In this document: positions 27,611 to 38,481 of the stretch, in pieces
Position numbering within the stretch: position 1 is the first letter of the stretch
Layout: every line of letters begins with the position of its first letter
DNA from: Polynucleobacter sp.
GTDB lineage: Bacteria > Pseudomonadota > Gammaproteobacteria > Burkholderiales > Burkholderiaceae
Reading direction: 5' to 3'
Length of the DNA: 41,626 nt
NCBI GenBank assembly: GCA_044379065.1
Contig: JBIPON010000001.1
Span: 1-41,626, forward strand
Notes under the pieces: generated by a model
Seen by the model: only the letters and a program-made list of their open reading frames with translations
Told to the model about the DNA's origin: nothing
Databases searched by the model: none
Program-made: the position numbers and the translations under genes

Positions 27611-28516
27611 ATGTCACCCATAAAACATATCAATCGCGCATTGGAAGCGGCTCTGATCCGCCACGAATCCGATTCCGGTCCCAAATTATTGAGCGCGGCG
27701 ATGCGCCATGCGGTATTTCCAGGGGGTGCACGTATTCGCCCGCAACTGACATTGGCAGTTGCCCATGCCTGCGGTGATGATGATCCTGCGCTATCGATGG
27801 CGGCTGCGATTGCCATTGAGTTGCTCCACTGCGCATCTCTGGTTCACGATGATTTACCGTGTTTTGATAATGCCGAGTTACGCCGTGGCGTACCTTCGGT
27901 TCATCGCCAATATGGTGAACGCTTGGCGGTGCTGTCGGGCGATGCCTTAATTGTGATGGCGTATCAAGTGGTTGCATTGGCTGCACGTCAATCTGCCAAT
28001 CGCATTGCGCCTTTAATTAAAACCATCTCAGTCGGCGTTGGAGCTCCACACGGGATCATCGCAGGACAGGCTTGGGAGTGCGAGCCACAAGCCATACTTG
28101 GCGATTATCAACGCGCAAAAACAGGCGCATTATTTGCAGCAGCAACGGCGTGCGGCGCGCAAGCAGCCGGCTCCGATGCCGATACGTGGCGCGCTCTAGG
28201 TGAGTGGCTAGGCGAAGCATATCAAGTGGCCGACGACATTCGTGATGTCTTAGGCGATGCCGAGTTGTTAGGTAAGCCTGCTGGACAAGATGCAGAACAC
28301 AATCGACCCAGTTCAGCACGTGAACTGGGACTCACTGGCGCAGTCCAATACTTTGATGAACTGGTTTCGAAAGCGATTGGCTCGATCCCGAATTGCAAAG
28401 GCGATGCCGCATTAAAGATGCTGGTCGCACATGAGGCTGAGCGCCTATTGCCAGCAGCATGGTTTGCAAAAGATGCGAGCTTAATTACGGCTGGTATTAG
28501 TCGTATGGCCGCGTAG
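27611..28516 (+). CDS. crtE: Geranylgeranyl diphosphate synthase
   Basis: VFPGGARIRP, SLVHDDLPCFD, GQAWE and YQVADD; ATG 27611 behind GGGAG (GTG 27602 is an alternative). Confidence 0.95.
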   Translation: MSPIKHINRALEAALIRHESDSGPKLLSAAMRHAVFPGGARIRPQLTLAVAHACGDDDPALSMAAAIAIELLHCASLVHDDLPCFDNAELRRGVPSVHRQYGERLAVLSGDALIVMAYQVVALAARQSANRIAPLIKTISVGVGAPHGIIAGQAWECEPQAILGDYQRAKTGALFAAATACGAQAAGSDADTWRALGEWLGEAYQVADDIRDVLGDAELLGKPAGQDAEHNRPSSARELGLTGAVQYFDELVSKAIGSIPNCKGDAALKMLVAHEAERLLPAAWFAKDASLITAGISRMAA

Positions 28517-28533
28517 ATTTAATCAAGGCAGAC

Positions 28534-29712
28534 ATGCCCTCTATTGCAAACGAAACAGTTACTCCGCAAACGCCATTGCCGTTAAAACCAGAGTATGGTT
28601 TTTGGGATCGCGTGCTAATAATGCGCGATGAGTTGATTGCCACAAAACGCTTTCAACGTCTTGCTGCAAGCCTCCCGATTTTTCGTTCCATCTCACGCTC
28701 CCGCGCTAGTAATTTATTTGACGTGATGTCTGGATTTGTTTATTCACAAATCCTACTGGCTTGCGTACGACTCAATGTATTTAATCTTTTAAAAAATGGC
28801 CCGCTAAGTCTAGAAGATCTGAGTCGCTTAACGCATTTTCCAATGAAGGGATTGAAAACATTAGTGGATGCTGCAGTAGCAATTCGCTTGCTAGAGCGCC
28901 GCTCTGAAGCGCGTTATGGTTTAGGTGCACTAGGCTCTCCTTTGGTTGGTAACGACGCTATTGCGGCGATGGTGGAGCACCACACTGCTTTCTATGCAGA
29001 CATGCGCGATCCACTCGCACTGTTATCAGGCTCTATGAGTGAGCGTAACTTGGGAAAGTATTGGCCTTATGTTTCCGATAAGGACGAAGATCAGGCTTCA
29101 CTCAAAAATCAGGAGGATGTGGCTGAATACTCTGCACTGATGTCGGCATCCTTACCCTTAGTTGCCGATGAGATCGTCGATGCCTATAACTTCAGTAAGC
29201 ATCAGTGCATGCTCGATGTGGGCGGAGGTCAAGGAACATTTTTAAAGCGCGTGCATGAGGGCAGTCCACAACTAAGAAAAATGCTCTTTGATTTGCCCGG
29301 AGTGGCGCAATTAGCGGCTCAGCAATTAGCGTCCAATCCCGCAACACGAGGAATACAAACGCACGGCGGCAATTTTTTTACCGACGCACTGCCTACCGGT
29401 GCTGATTTGATTACGCTCGTCCGCGTGATTTTTGACCACGATGATGAGCGTGTCTTGACCTTGCTTGCCTCCATTTATGCCGCATTACCTAGCGGCGGAA
29501 CCCTCTTAATCGCAGAGCCCATGGCAGATGCCCCAGATGCTCAGGCGATGGGCCATGCTTATTTTGGCTTTTATTTACTCGCTATGGGCCGAGGAAGACC
29601 AAGAACTATCAACGAAATCAGAAACTTACTAAAAAAAGTCGGGTTTAAATCGACCCAAACCGTGGCAACCAAGATGCCAATTAATACGCAAATCCTGCTG
29701 GCAAGCCGGTAA
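28534..29712 (+). CDS. crtF: Hydroxyneurosporene O-methyltransferase
   Basis: LFDVMSGFVYSQIL, LDVGGGQG, LVRVIFDHDD and YFGFYLLAMGRGRPR. Confidence 0.93.
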   Translation: MPSIANETVTPQTPLPLKPEYGFWDRVLIMRDELIATKRFQRLAASLPIFRSISRSRASNLFDVMSGFVYSQILLACVRLNVFNLLKNGPLSLEDLSRLTHFPMKGLKTLVDAAVAIRLLERRSEARYGLGALGSPLVGNDAIAAMVEHHTAFYADMRDPLALLSGSMSERNLGKYWPYVSDKDEDQASLKNQEDVAEYSALMSASLPLVADEIVDAYNFSKHQCMLDVGGGQGTFLKRVHEGSPQLRKMLFDLPGVAQLAAQQLASNPATRGIQTHGGNFFTDALPTGADLITLVRVIFDHDDERVLTLLASIYAALPSGGTLLIAEPMADAPDAQAMGHAYFGFYLLAMGRGRPRTINEIRNLLKKVGFKSTQTVATKMPINTQILLASR

Positions 29713-29748
29713 TCTAAGGGTAAATACTGATGTTAGATCTAGAAATAG

Positions 29749-29792
29749 TGTATAAATTAGTTTACATCTAGCAAAGTAAACCAAATATTACA
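29749..29792. promoter_or_regulatory. Tandem PpsR/CrtJ boxes upstream of bchC
   Basis: TGT-N12-ACA (29749-29766), 8-nt spacer, AGT-N12-ACA (29775-29792). Confidence 0.82.
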
Positions 29793-29793
29793 T

Positions 29794-30741
29794 ATGAGCG
29801 CTATTCATTCCACAGCCGTTGTCATTGAGTCTCCAAAAGAGCTCAAGCTGAGTAGGCTTGTGCTCGATTCACCTAAGCCCGATGACATTGTGGTTGAAAT
29901 CGAATGGAGTGGGATCAGTACCGGTACTGAAAAGTTGCTTTGGAATGGAACCATGCCGCACTTTCCAGGAATGGGCTACCCCCTCGTTCCAGGATATGAA
30001 TCCGTCGGTAGAGTAATTGAGGCAGGCCCTAAAGCCACTATTCCAGTTGGGCAGCGTGTTTTTGTGCCCGGAGCAAAATGCTTTGGAGATGTTAAAGGAT
30101 TATTTGGCGGTGCCGCATCCCATGTGGTTGTTCCATCTGTGCGCGTGACGCCTCTGTCAGAGCAAATTGGTAGAGAAGGTGTACTGCTTGCACTCGCTGC
30201 AACGGCGTATCACGTTACGCAGGGCAATGTACATAAGCAACCTGACTTAATTATTGGACATGGCGTAGTAGGGCGCTTAATTGCGCGCATTGCCGTGATG
30301 CTCGGACATCAGCCAGTGGTATGGGAAGTGAATGCCGACCGCATGAGCGGGGCCAAAGGATATCAAGTCATTCACCCCGACGGCGATGCCAGGAAAGACT
30401 ATGCGCGCATATGCGATGCAAGTGGTCAAACGCAGGTCTTAAACCAGTTAATTGCACGCCTCAAGCATGGAGGCGAAATTATTCTCGCCGGCTTTTATGA
30501 CAACGATATTGCTTTTCAATTTGCACCTGCATTTATGCGGGAAGCCAAATTACGAATCGCATCCCAATGGGATCCGAGCGACTTAAACGCCGTAAAGAAT
30601 TGCATCGATGCAGGTCTTCTGAGTTTGGATGACTTGATTACTCACCATCGTTCATCAACCCAAATAGATGATGTCTACCGTACAGCGTTTGAAGATACAC
30701 GCTGCTTAAAAATGATTGTTGATTGGAGAAGTGAAAAATGA
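29794..30741 (+). CDS. bchC: 3-hydroxyethyl bacteriochlorophyllide a dehydrogenase
   Basis: WSGISTGTEKLLW.G.MP.FPGMGYPLVPGYE, LLALAATA and CLKMIVDWR. Confidence 0.97.
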   Translation: MSAIHSTAVVIESPKELKLSRLVLDSPKPDDIVVEIEWSGISTGTEKLLWNGTMPHFPGMGYPLVPGYESVGRVIEAGPKATIPVGQRVFVPGAKCFGDVKGLFGGAASHVVVPSVRVTPLSEQIGREGVLLALAATAYHVTQGNVHKQPDLIIGHGVVGRLIARIAVMLGHQPVVWEVNADRMSGAKGYQVIHPDGDARKDYARICDASGQTQVLNQLIARLKHGGEIILAGFYDNDIAFQFAPAFMREAKLRIASQWDPSDLNAVKNCIDAGLLSLDDLITHHRSSTQIDDVYRTAFEDTRCLKMIVDWRSEK

Positions 30742-31745
30742 ATGCCCCAGTAAACCCAAAAGAAATCACCATTCAGTTTACAAACTTAAAAAAAGAAGCT
30801 GCGGTCGATCCCGATCCCGTGCACACCGGTGAGGTCACCAAGAAAACCCAGATTATTGCAATCTACGGCAAAGGCGGAATCGGAAAAAGTTTTACCTTAG
30901 CTAATTTGTCATACATGATGGCCCAACAGGGTAAAAAAGTATTGCTGATTGGTTGCGACCCTAAAAGCGATACCACCTCCTTACTCTTTGGCGGCAAAGC
31001 CTGCCCCACCATTATTGAAACTTCATCCAAGAAAAAGTTAGCCGGCGAAGAAGTCAAAATCGGTGATGTCTGCTTTAAGCGTGACGGTGTTTTTGCCATG
31101 GAGCTTGGTGGACCCGAAGTTGGCCGTGGTTGCGGTGGGCGCGGAATCATCCACGGTTTTGAAACCCTGGAAAAATTGGGCTTCCATGACTGGGGTTTTG
31201 ATTACGTCTTACTCGACTTCTTGGGTGACGTCGTCTGCGGCGGCTTTGGTTTACCCATCGCCCGTGATATGTGCCAAAAAGTGATTGTGGTTGCAAGTAA
31301 TGATTTGCAGTCACTCTACGTTGCCAACAATGTCTGCTCAGCCGTGGAGTATTTCCGTAAGCTCGGCGGTAATGTCGGTGTAGCCGGCATGGTGATCAAC
31401 AAGGATGATGGTACTGGCGAGGCCAGTGCCTTTGCGGAAAAAGTAGGGATTCCAGTGCTGTCTGCCATTCCTGCAAACGAAGACATTCGCCGCAAGAGCG
31501 CCAGTTACGAAATCATCGGCAAACCTGATAGTCAGTGGGCATCGGTATTTGAGGCGTTAGCACTCAATGTTGCTGAGGCGCCCCCAGTTAGACCAAAGCC
31601 AATGACATCCGATGATTTGTTGGGATTGTTCTCAGCAGATCAAGTAGGTCGTAACGTAGTTCTAGAGCCAGCAACTATTTTTGACATGGTTGGTAAAGAC
31701 GAGGTCATCAAGCCAACGCTTGAAGTGATCTACGACAAAGTCTAA
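30738..31745 (+). CDS. bchX: Chlorophyllide a reductase iron protein
   Basis: NifH-like YGKGGIGKSFTLANLS, GGPEVGRGCGGRG and LGDVVCGGF. Confidence 0.97.
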   Translation: MNAPVNPKEITIQFTNLKKEAAVDPDPVHTGEVTKKTQIIAIYGKGGIGKSFTLANLSYMMAQQGKKVLLIGCDPKSDTTSLLFGGKACPTIIETSSKKKLAGEEVKIGDVCFKRDGVFAMELGGPEVGRGCGGRGIIHGFETLEKLGFHDWGFDYVLLDFLGDVVCGGFGLPIARDMCQKVIVVASNDLQSLYVANNVCSAVEYFRKLGGNVGVAGMVINKDDGTGEASAFAEKVGIPVLSAIPANEDIRRKSASYEIIGKPDSQWASVFEALALNVAEAPPVRPKPMTSDDLLGLFSADQVGRNVVLEPATIFDMVGKDEVIKPTLEVIYDKV

Positions 31746-31756
31746 AGATCAATACC

Positions 31757-33280
31757 ATGAGCCAATCCAAAATAATCCCAATCCAAGCCGAGGCGGTTGC
31801 TCAGGATGGTCTTGGCTGCCATTCTGGCGCAGAAAAGTTATTAGCAGCAGCTCAAGCATCTAACAAGAGTGAGATCCTAGGGCAGTACGCAAAGGATTAT
31901 CCAAAAGGACCGCATGATCAGCCGCAAAGTATGTGCCCTGCATTTGGATCATTGCGTGTGGGCTTGCGTATGCGCCGGACTGCCACCATCCTTTCTGGAT
32001 CGGCATGCTGCGTCTATGGCCTAACCTTCACCTCCCATTTTTATGGCGCACGACGCAGTGTGGGTTATGTTCCGTTTAATTCGGAGAGCTTGGTCACAGG
32101 CAAGTTATTTGAAGACATTCGCGATGCCGTTTACAAAGAAGCTAATCCTGAGTTGTACGACGCAATTGTGATTATTAATCTCTGCGTACCAACGGCTAGC
32201 GGTGTGCCTTTACAACTGCTGCCAAAAGAAATCAATGGCGTTCGCATTATTGGTATCGATGTGCCTGGATTTGGCGTGCCAACCCATGCAGAAGCAAAAG
32301 ACGTATTAGCAAGCGCCATGTTGCGTTACGCTCGGGGCGAGGCAGAGTCGGGTCCTGTGTCCGCGCCACGCAATGGCGTATCCGATAAGCCAACCATCAC
32401 CTTGCTGGGTGAAATGTTCCCGGTTGATCCGGTTGGGATTGGCATGATGCTCGAGCCAATGGGTTTAGCAGTAGGGCCAGTAGTCCCAACGCGTGAATGG
32501 CGTGAGCTGTATCAGGCACTGGATTCAAAAGTAGTAGCCGCTATCCATCCGTTTTATACCGCGAGTATTCGAGAGTTTGAAGCCGCTGGCAGAAAAATTG
32601 TCGGCTCAGCCCCAATTGGCTATGAAGGTACAGCAGCCTGGCTTGATTCGATTGGTGAGGCCTGTGGCATTCCAAAATCGAAGGTGAGCGAATCAAAAGA
32701 TAAATTCTTACCCATGATCAAGGCGGCATTGGCAGCCAAGCCAATTAAAGGCCGGATTACGATGAGCGGTTATGAAGGCTCGGAGCTCTTGGTAGCCCGC
32801 TTATTGATTGAAAGCGGTGCTGATGTGAAATACGTCGGCACGGCTTGTCCTAAGACCATCTGGAGTAGTGCAGATCAAGACTGGCTGGAATCGCGCGGAG
32901 TGCATGTACAGTACCGTGCCTCGCTTGAGCAAGACGAAGCAGCGATGCATGAGTTCAAGCCGGATTTAGTGATTGGCACAACACCGATTGTGCAAAAAGC
33001 AAAAGAAGCAGCAATACCATCGCTGTATTTCACTAACTTGATTTCAGCTCGGCCGCTAATGGGCGCTGCTGGAGCCGGCTCTTTGGCGCAAGTCATTAAT
33101 TCAGCCCTTGGCAATCAGGCGCGTTTTGACACTATGAAGGACTTTTTTGAAGGTGTTGGTACCGGTTATGCGGCTGGTGTTTGGGATGCGGTACCAGTTG
33201 ATCATCCTGATTTCCGCGCTGAGACACGTCGCCGCAATGAAAAGGCGCAAAAGAAACGCAAAGCAGAGGAGATGGGCTAA
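31757..33280 (+). CDS. bchY: Chlorophyllide a reductase subunit Y
   Basis: [26 protein letters not shown] and NLCVPTASG. Confidence 0.97.
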   Translation: MSQSKIIPIQAEAVAQDGLGCHSGAEKLLAAAQASNKSEILGQYAKDYPKGPHDQPQSMCPAFGSLRVGLRMRRTATILSGSACCVYGLTFTSHFYGARRSVGYVPFNSESLVTGKLFEDIRDAVYKEANPELYDAIVIINLCVPTASGVPLQLLPKEINGVRIIGIDVPGFGVPTHAEAKDVLASAMLRYARGEAESGPVSAPRNGVSDKPTITLLGEMFPVDPVGIGMMLEPMGLAVGPVVPTREWRELYQALDSKVVAAIHPFYTASIREFEAAGRKIVGSAPIGYEGTAAWLDSIGEACGIPKSKVSESKDKFLPMIKAALAAKPIKGRITMSGYEGSELLVARLLIESGADVKYVGTACPKTIWSSADQDWLESRGVHVQYRASLEQDEAAMHEFKPDLVIGTTPIVQKAKEAAIPSLYFTNLISARPLMGAAGAGSLAQVINSALGNQARFDTMKDFFEGVGTGYAAGVWDAVPVDHPDFRAETRRRNEKAQKKRKAEEMG

Positions 33281-34740
33281 TGCTAGTTCTTGACCACGAT
33301 CGTGCTGGCGGCTATTGGGGCGCTGTCTATGTCTTTACTGCCATCAAGGGTTTGCAGGTTGTCATTGACGGCCCAGTGGGCTGTGAAAACCTTCCAGTGA
33401 CCTCGGTATTGCATTACACCGATGCATTGCCACCCCATGAGCTGCCAATCGTTGTCACTGGTTTGGCTGAAGAACAATTGGGTCGCGAAGGTACGGAAGA
33501 GTCAATGAAGCGAGCACATAAAGTGCTTGATCCCGATTTACCTGCAGTAGTAGTGACAGGCTCAATTGCAGAAATGATTGGCGGCGGCGTTACTCCAGAG
33601 GGAACGGGGATTAAACGCTTCTTGCCTAGAACTATTGATGAAGATCAGTGGCAGTGTGCTAACCGGGCGATGAACTGGTTGTGGACTGAGTACGGTTTAA
33701 AGAAAATACCAGCACGACCAGAGCGCAAAGCTGGCGAAAAGCCAATGATCAATATCATTGGGCCTGCTTACGGCACGTTCAATTTATACAGCGACCTGGC
33801 AGAAATCAAGCGCCTAGTTGAAGGGATTGGTGCCCAAATCAATATGGTATTCCCGCTCAGCAGCCATTTAGCCGATGTGGAGAAATTGGCTGACTCCGAT
33901 GTGAATATTTGCATGTACCGTGAGTTTGGCCGCTTGCTCTGCGAGACCTTAGAGCGCCCTTATTTGCAGGCGCCAATTGGGATGCATTCAACTACCGCAT
34001 TTTTGCGTAAGTTAGGTGAGTTAACTGGGCTAGACCCAGAGCCCTTTATTGCGCAAGAAAAAAATACCACCCTCAAGCCAGTTTGGGATCTCTGGCGCTC
34101 GGTTACTCAGGATTTCTTTGGTACAGCGAGCTTTGGGATTGTCGCCAATGAAACCTACACGCGCGGTGTAAGCCATTTCTTAGAAACCGAAATGGGACTG
34201 CCTTGCAACTTTGCTGTTTCACGTATGCCCGGTCAAAAAACCGATAACAGCGCAATCCGTGATTTAGTGCAAAAGAAAACACCACTCGTTTTGTTTGGAA
34301 GTTACAACGAGCGCATGTATGCCAGCGAAGTCAATGCACGTTGCTCCTACATTCCTGCATCGTTCCCGGGAGCCATTATTCGTCGGCATACCGGAACCCC
34401 TTACATGGGCTATTCAGGCGCAGCGTACTTAATTCAAGAGGTATGCAATGCCCTGTTTGATGCTCTCTTTCATATTCTGCCCTTGGGCACTGAAATGGAT
34501 AAGGTTGATCCGACTCCGGCCCGCTTGCAAACAGCAATCCATGCTATGCCATGGGATGTTGAGGCGCAATTGTTACTGAATCGCTTAATTAGCGGTCAGC
34601 CCGTTTTAACCCAGATCTCCGTAGCAAAACGCCTGCGTGATATGTCCGAGCGTGAAGCTCGCAGCGGAAATCTAGAGCGAGTCACCGTAGATTGTGTGAA
34701 TAAATCCAAAACGTCACTCGGCGTAATGGAGACAGCATGA
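33280..34740 (+). CDS. bchZ: Chlorophyllide a reductase subunit Z
   Basis: [29 protein letters not shown] and [18 protein letters not shown]. Confidence 0.97.
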   Translation: MLVLDHDRAGGYWGAVYVFTAIKGLQVVIDGPVGCENLPVTSVLHYTDALPPHELPIVVTGLAEEQLGREGTEESMKRAHKVLDPDLPAVVVTGSIAEMIGGGVTPEGTGIKRFLPRTIDEDQWQCANRAMNWLWTEYGLKKIPARPERKAGEKPMINIIGPAYGTFNLYSDLAEIKRLVEGIGAQINMVFPLSSHLADVEKLADSDVNICMYREFGRLLCETLERPYLQAPIGMHSTTAFLRKLGELTGLDPEPFIAQEKNTTLKPVWDLWRSVTQDFFGTASFGIVANETYTRGVSHFLETEMGLPCNFAVSRMPGQKTDNSAIRDLVQKKTPLVLFGSYNERMYASEVNARCSYIPASFPGAIIRRHTGTPYMGYSGAAYLIQEVCNALFDALFHILPLGTEMDKVDPTPARLQTAIHAMPWDVEAQLLLNRLISGQPVLTQISVAKRLRDMSEREARSGNLERVTVDCVNKSKTSLGVMETA

Positions 34741-34863
34741 TGAAGTCGCAACCCATTTGCCTGATGTTAGGGCAGTCCCAATATGGCACCACCATGCCGT
34801 ATCCCCAAATCTACAGGGGTGATGTAGAAAAGACCGCAAGGTCAGTCTTAAGGAGTATTCATC

Positions 34864-35010
34864 ATGAGTGAAAACAGATCTATATCTGGGCTTACCGATG
34901 CAGAGGCTCAAGAATTCCATGCATTTTATGTGCAAGGTCTTCTCGGATTTGCTGCTATCGCCGTCGTTGCGCACATCCTCGTATGGGCGTGGCGTCCATG
35001 GTTTTTTTAA
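34864..35010 (+). CDS. pufB: Light-harvesting LH1 beta subunit (48 aa; not in ORF track)
   Basis: [48 protein letters not shown]; AAGGAG RBS. Confidence 0.96.
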   Translation: MSENRSISGLTDAEAQEFHAFYVQGLLGFAAIAVVAHILVWAWRPWFF

Positions 35011-35054
35011 GTAGCAGTAATTAAGTTTTAGAAAATAAAGTGAAGAGGTGAATC

Positions 35055-35276
35055 ATGAAGATAAATACAGAAGTTTTTAATAAAAATTTGGTGAATGACA
35101 GACTGTCATTCAAGCTTATTTTTTTGATTAGTTATGTAGTGATCTTTGGAGTTGCCTTGTTAACGATCGTTTTGCCGGCATCTCAAAAAAGCTGGCTGTT
35201 TGGAAGCTCAGACGGCGCATCATTTTTTAAGACTGTTGAAAGCGGCGTTTATAGCTTTATGTCTTACTTAAATTAG
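35055..35276 (+). CDS. 73-aa membrane protein between pufB and pufA (possibly PufQ-like)
   Basis: GAGGTG RBS; one TM helix plus a C-terminal amphipathic segment; stop overlaps the pufA RBS. Confidence 0.7.
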   Translation: MKINTEVFNKNLVNDRLSFKLIFLISYVVIFGVALLTIVLPASQKSWLFGSSDGASFFKTVESGVYSFMSYLN

Positions 35277-35286
35277 GAGAAACATT

Positions 35287-35463
35287 ATGTGGAGAATTTG
35301 GAAACTATACGACCCACTACGCGCGATGGTTGCGCAGGGCGTTTTTCTCTTTGCTTTGGCCGCAATGATTCATTTGATTCTATTGAGCACAACTCAGTAC
35401 AAATGGCTCGATGGCCTGAGTCAAGCGGAGTACAAAGCTGCGGTTGCAGCTTCCAAGAAGTAA
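35287..35463 (+). CDS. pufA: Light-harvesting LH1 alpha subunit (58 aa; not in ORF track)
   Basis: [58 protein letters not shown]; AGGAG RBS. Confidence 0.96.
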   Translation: MWRIWKLYDPLRAMVAQGVFLFALAAMIHLILLSTTQYKWLDGLSQAEYKAAVAASKK

Positions 35464-35475
35464 TTGTTGTACCGG

Positions 35476-35511
35476 CGTAAGTGGGTACCTAGCGATAGTT
35501 ACCTGCTTACG
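35476..35511 (+). other. pufA-pufL intercistronic stem-loop
   Basis: CGTAAGTGGGTAcCTA-GCGA-TAGtTACCTGCTTACG: long stem with a GNRA loop, at the position of the known pufBA-stabilising hairpin. Confidence 0.7.
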
Positions 35512-35560
35512 GCAGATTAATTAAGAACGAGCGATGTCTCGTTTTGTAAGGAGTGCATAA

Positions 35561-36385
35561 ATGGCTATGCTCAATTTTGAAAAGAAATACCGCGTACGCG
35601 GTGGTACCTTAATCGGCGGAGATCTCTTTGATTTCTGGGTTGGGCCATTCTATGTTGGATTTTTTGGTGTTACCACCATCTTTTTTACCTTCCTCGGAAC
35701 CGCTCTCATACTGTGGGGCGCAGCGCAATCCGGGGTTTGGAACATCTGGCAAATAAATATTGCCCCTCCCGACCTCAAGTATGGTCTGGGGCCAGCACCG
35801 ATGATGGAGGGTGGATTGTGGCAAATCATCACAATTTGTGCTCTCGGCGCTTTTATATCTTGGGCACTCCGTGAAGTTGAAATTTGCCGCAAGCTCGGTA
35901 TGGGGCTCCACGTTCCCGCCGCCTTTAGCATGGCGATCTTTGCGTATTTCACCTTAGTGGTGATTCGTCCAGTCTTAATGGGCGCTTGGGGCCATGGCTT
36001 CCCATATGGGATCTTGAGTCATTTGGATTGGGTTTCGAATACCGGCTACCAGTACCTGCATTTTCATTACAACCCCGCACACATGATTGCGGTTACCTTT
36101 TTCTTTACTACAACACTGGCGTTGTCTTTGCACGGCGCTTTAATTTTGTCATCAACCAATCCGCAGCCTGGTCACAATGTAAAAACGCCAGAGCATGAAG
36201 ATACCTTCTTCAGAGATATCGTGGGTTACTCCGTTGGTACCTTAGGTATCCATCGCGTCGGATTATTTTTAGCCTTATCAGCAGGTTTTTGGAGCGCAGT
36301 ATGTATTGTGATTAGCGGCCCATTCTGGACAAAAGGATGGCCTGAATGGTGGACATGGTGGCTTAACTTGCCCATCTGGAGCTAA
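35561..36385 (+). CDS. pufL: Photosynthetic reaction center L subunit
   Basis: [43 protein letters not shown] and GIHR. Confidence 0.99.
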   Translation: MAMLNFEKKYRVRGGTLIGGDLFDFWVGPFYVGFFGVTTIFFTFLGTALILWGAAQSGVWNIWQINIAPPDLKYGLGPAPMMEGGLWQIITICALGAFISWALREVEICRKLGMGLHVPAAFSMAIFAYFTLVVIRPVLMGAWGHGFPYGILSHLDWVSNTGYQYLHFHYNPAHMIAVTFFFTTTLALSLHGALILSSTNPQPGHNVKTPEHEDTFFRDIVGYSVGTLGIHRVGLFLALSAGFWSAVCIVISGPFWTKGWPEWWTWWLNLPIWS

Positions 36386-36396
36386 TAGCGGAGAAC

Positions 36397-37398
36397 ATGA
36401 TGGAATATCAAAACTTATTTACTCAAACACAAGTCACTGGACCTGCTAGCCATGGGGTGCCTATCAATGCATACGATATGCGTGAGCGTACCAAGCCATT
36501 TGGCTTTAGTTACCTCATGGGCCTTATCGGCAATGCACAGCTCGGGCCCATCTACTTAGGTCGACTCGGTCTTGCATCTCTGATGTTTGGTATGGCTGCA
36601 TTCGTGATGATTGGTTTTAATATGCTGGCCCAGGTGGATTGGAATCCAATTCAGTTTGTACGCCAACTGTTTTGGCTATCACTGGATCCGCCTGCACCTA
36701 AATATGGTTTGACCTTTCCGCCAATGAATGAAGGCGGGTGGTGGTTAATTGCCGGCTTATTCACAACCATTTCAATTATGTTGTGGTGGTATCGAACCTA
36801 TCGCCGCGCGATTGCGCTTGGCATGGGAACGCATGTGCCTTGGGCATTTGCCGCAGCCATTTGGTTATTCCTAGTGCTGGGCTTGATTCGCCCTGTGCTG
36901 ATGGGCAGCTGGAGCGAAGCAGTTCCTTTCGGCATCTTCTCGCACCTCGACTGGACTGCAGCGTTTTCGATTCGCTATGGTAATTTGTTCTACAACCCAT
37001 TCCACATGCTGTCGATTGTGTTCTTGTATGGCTCGGTATTGCTCTTTGCAATGCACGGCGCAACTATCCTGGCTGTGAGTCGCTTTGGTGGCGAGCGCGA
37101 AATTGAGCAAATCGTCGATCGCGGAACTGCCTCTGAGCGTGCCGGTCTGTTCTGGCGCTGGACGATGGGCTTTAATGCGACGATGGAATCGATTCACCGT
37201 TGGGCTTGGTGGTTTGCGGTATTGACCCCAATCACCGGTGGTATTGGTATCTTGTTAACAGGTACCGTGGTGGATAACTGGTATCTATGGGGTGTAAAAC
37301 ACGGCATTGCTCCGGCATACCCCGCCTATTTTGAGGTAATTGCCGATCCAGCACTGAGTGCGCCGATGGCACCTGCCGCTATTCAGGGAGCGAAATAA
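36397..37398 (+). CDS. pufM: Photosynthetic reaction center M subunit
   Basis: [32 protein letters not shown] and [18 protein letters not shown]. Confidence 0.99.
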   Translation: MMEYQNLFTQTQVTGPASHGVPINAYDMRERTKPFGFSYLMGLIGNAQLGPIYLGRLGLASLMFGMAAFVMIGFNMLAQVDWNPIQFVRQLFWLSLDPPAPKYGLTFPPMNEGGWWLIAGLFTTISIMLWWYRTYRRAIALGMGTHVPWAFAAAIWLFLVLGLIRPVLMGSWSEAVPFGIFSHLDWTAAFSIRYGNLFYNPFHMLSIVFLYGSVLLFAMHGATILAVSRFGGEREIEQIVDRGTASERAGLFWRWTMGFNATMESIHRWAWWFAVLTPITGGIGILLTGTVVDNWYLWGVKHGIAPAYPAYFEVIADPALSAPMAPAAIQGAK

Positions 37399-38438
37399 TG
37401 AAAGCCGGATTGAATAAATTACTGATCACCTTAGGCCTCGCCTCGGCAGTCCTGTTAACCGGCTGTGAGCGTCCACCGATTGATGCTAAGCAAACCGGTT
37501 TCCGTGGCACAGCGATGGTGGAAATAAATAATCCCCGCACCCAAGAAAAATTGGCAGCTGAAAATGTTGCGCCTCCCGGTGTGCCTGCACCTGCGGATGG
37601 ACCAAAGGCAAGTGCGGTGTACAAGAACGTGAAGGTGCTAGGTAACTTGAGTGAGGCTCAATTCACTACCTTTATGGTGGCCATGACATCCTGGATTGCG
37701 CCAAAAGAAGGTTGCGGCTATTGCCATAACGTGCAGAACTTTGCCGACGATTCGGTTTACACCAAAAATGTTGCGCGAACGATGATTCAGATGACGCAAA
37801 ACATTAACTCTAATTGGAATGCCCACGTCAAAGATACCGGTGTGACCTGCTATACCTGCCATCGCGGCAATCCAGTACCAAAAGAAGTATGGTTTGAGAC
37901 TGCCGAAAAGAAAAAGGGCGGCATGTTGGGTAATCGCAATGGACAGAATCAGCCTTCGCCTGCCGTTGGTTACGCCTCTTTGCCAAACCAACCCTTCTCC
38001 AGTTATTTCTTAGCGGGTAAGGATGCTGCACGAATTACAGGGCCGACTGCATTGCCAACCGGTCATGTGAAATCGATCCAAGAAACGGAGTCCGTATTTG
38101 CTGTGATGATTCACCAATCGAATGCCTTGGGTGTCAATTGCACCTATTGCCATAACTCCAGGGCATTTGCCGAATGGGAGGAGAGCCCGCCACAGCGTGC
38201 CCAAGCATGGCATGGTATTCAGATGGTGAAGGACGTCAATAGTAATTACATTGTGCCCACTACGCCCCTCTTTCCTCCGCACCGCTTAGGGCCGGATGGG
38301 GATGTAGCGAAGGCCAATTGCGCGACCTGCCATCAGGGTGTGAATAAACCCCTATTAGGCAAAAGCATGCTGAAAGACTATCCATACTTAGTTGGACCAC
38401 CTACAGGAAAGCCACTGGCAGTCGCACAAAAGAAGTAG
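37398..38438 (+). CDS. pufC: Reaction-center tetraheme cytochrome c subunit (lipoprotein)
   Basis: Lipobox LTGC-ERPP, QTGFRGTAM and four CxxCH motifs (CGYCH, CYTCH, CTYCH, CATCH). Confidence 0.98.
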   Translation: MKAGLNKLLITLGLASAVLLTGCERPPIDAKQTGFRGTAMVEINNPRTQEKLAAENVAPPGVPAPADGPKASAVYKNVKVLGNLSEAQFTTFMVAMTSWIAPKEGCGYCHNVQNFADDSVYTKNVARTMIQMTQNINSNWNAHVKDTGVTCYTCHRGNPVPKEVWFETAEKKKGGMLGNRNGQNQPSPAVGYASLPNQPFSSYFLAGKDAARITGPTALPTGHVKSIQETESVFAVMIHQSNALGVNCTYCHNSRAFAEWEESPPQRAQAWHGIQMVKDVNSNYIVPTTPLFPPHRLGPDGDVAKANCATCHQGVNKPLLGKSMLKDYPYLVGPPTGKPLAVAQKK

Positions 38439-38481
38439 GCGGGTTTGATTTTCAAGCACCGCCAATCGTGAAGGATTAGAG

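Noticed and set aside
34714-34974. 86-aa minus-strand ORF
   Set aside because: Antisense to pufB and the bchZ end; no recognisable motifs
35289-35480. 63-aa ORF in the track at the pufA position
   Set aside because: Out-of-frame shadow; the real pufA is 35287-35463
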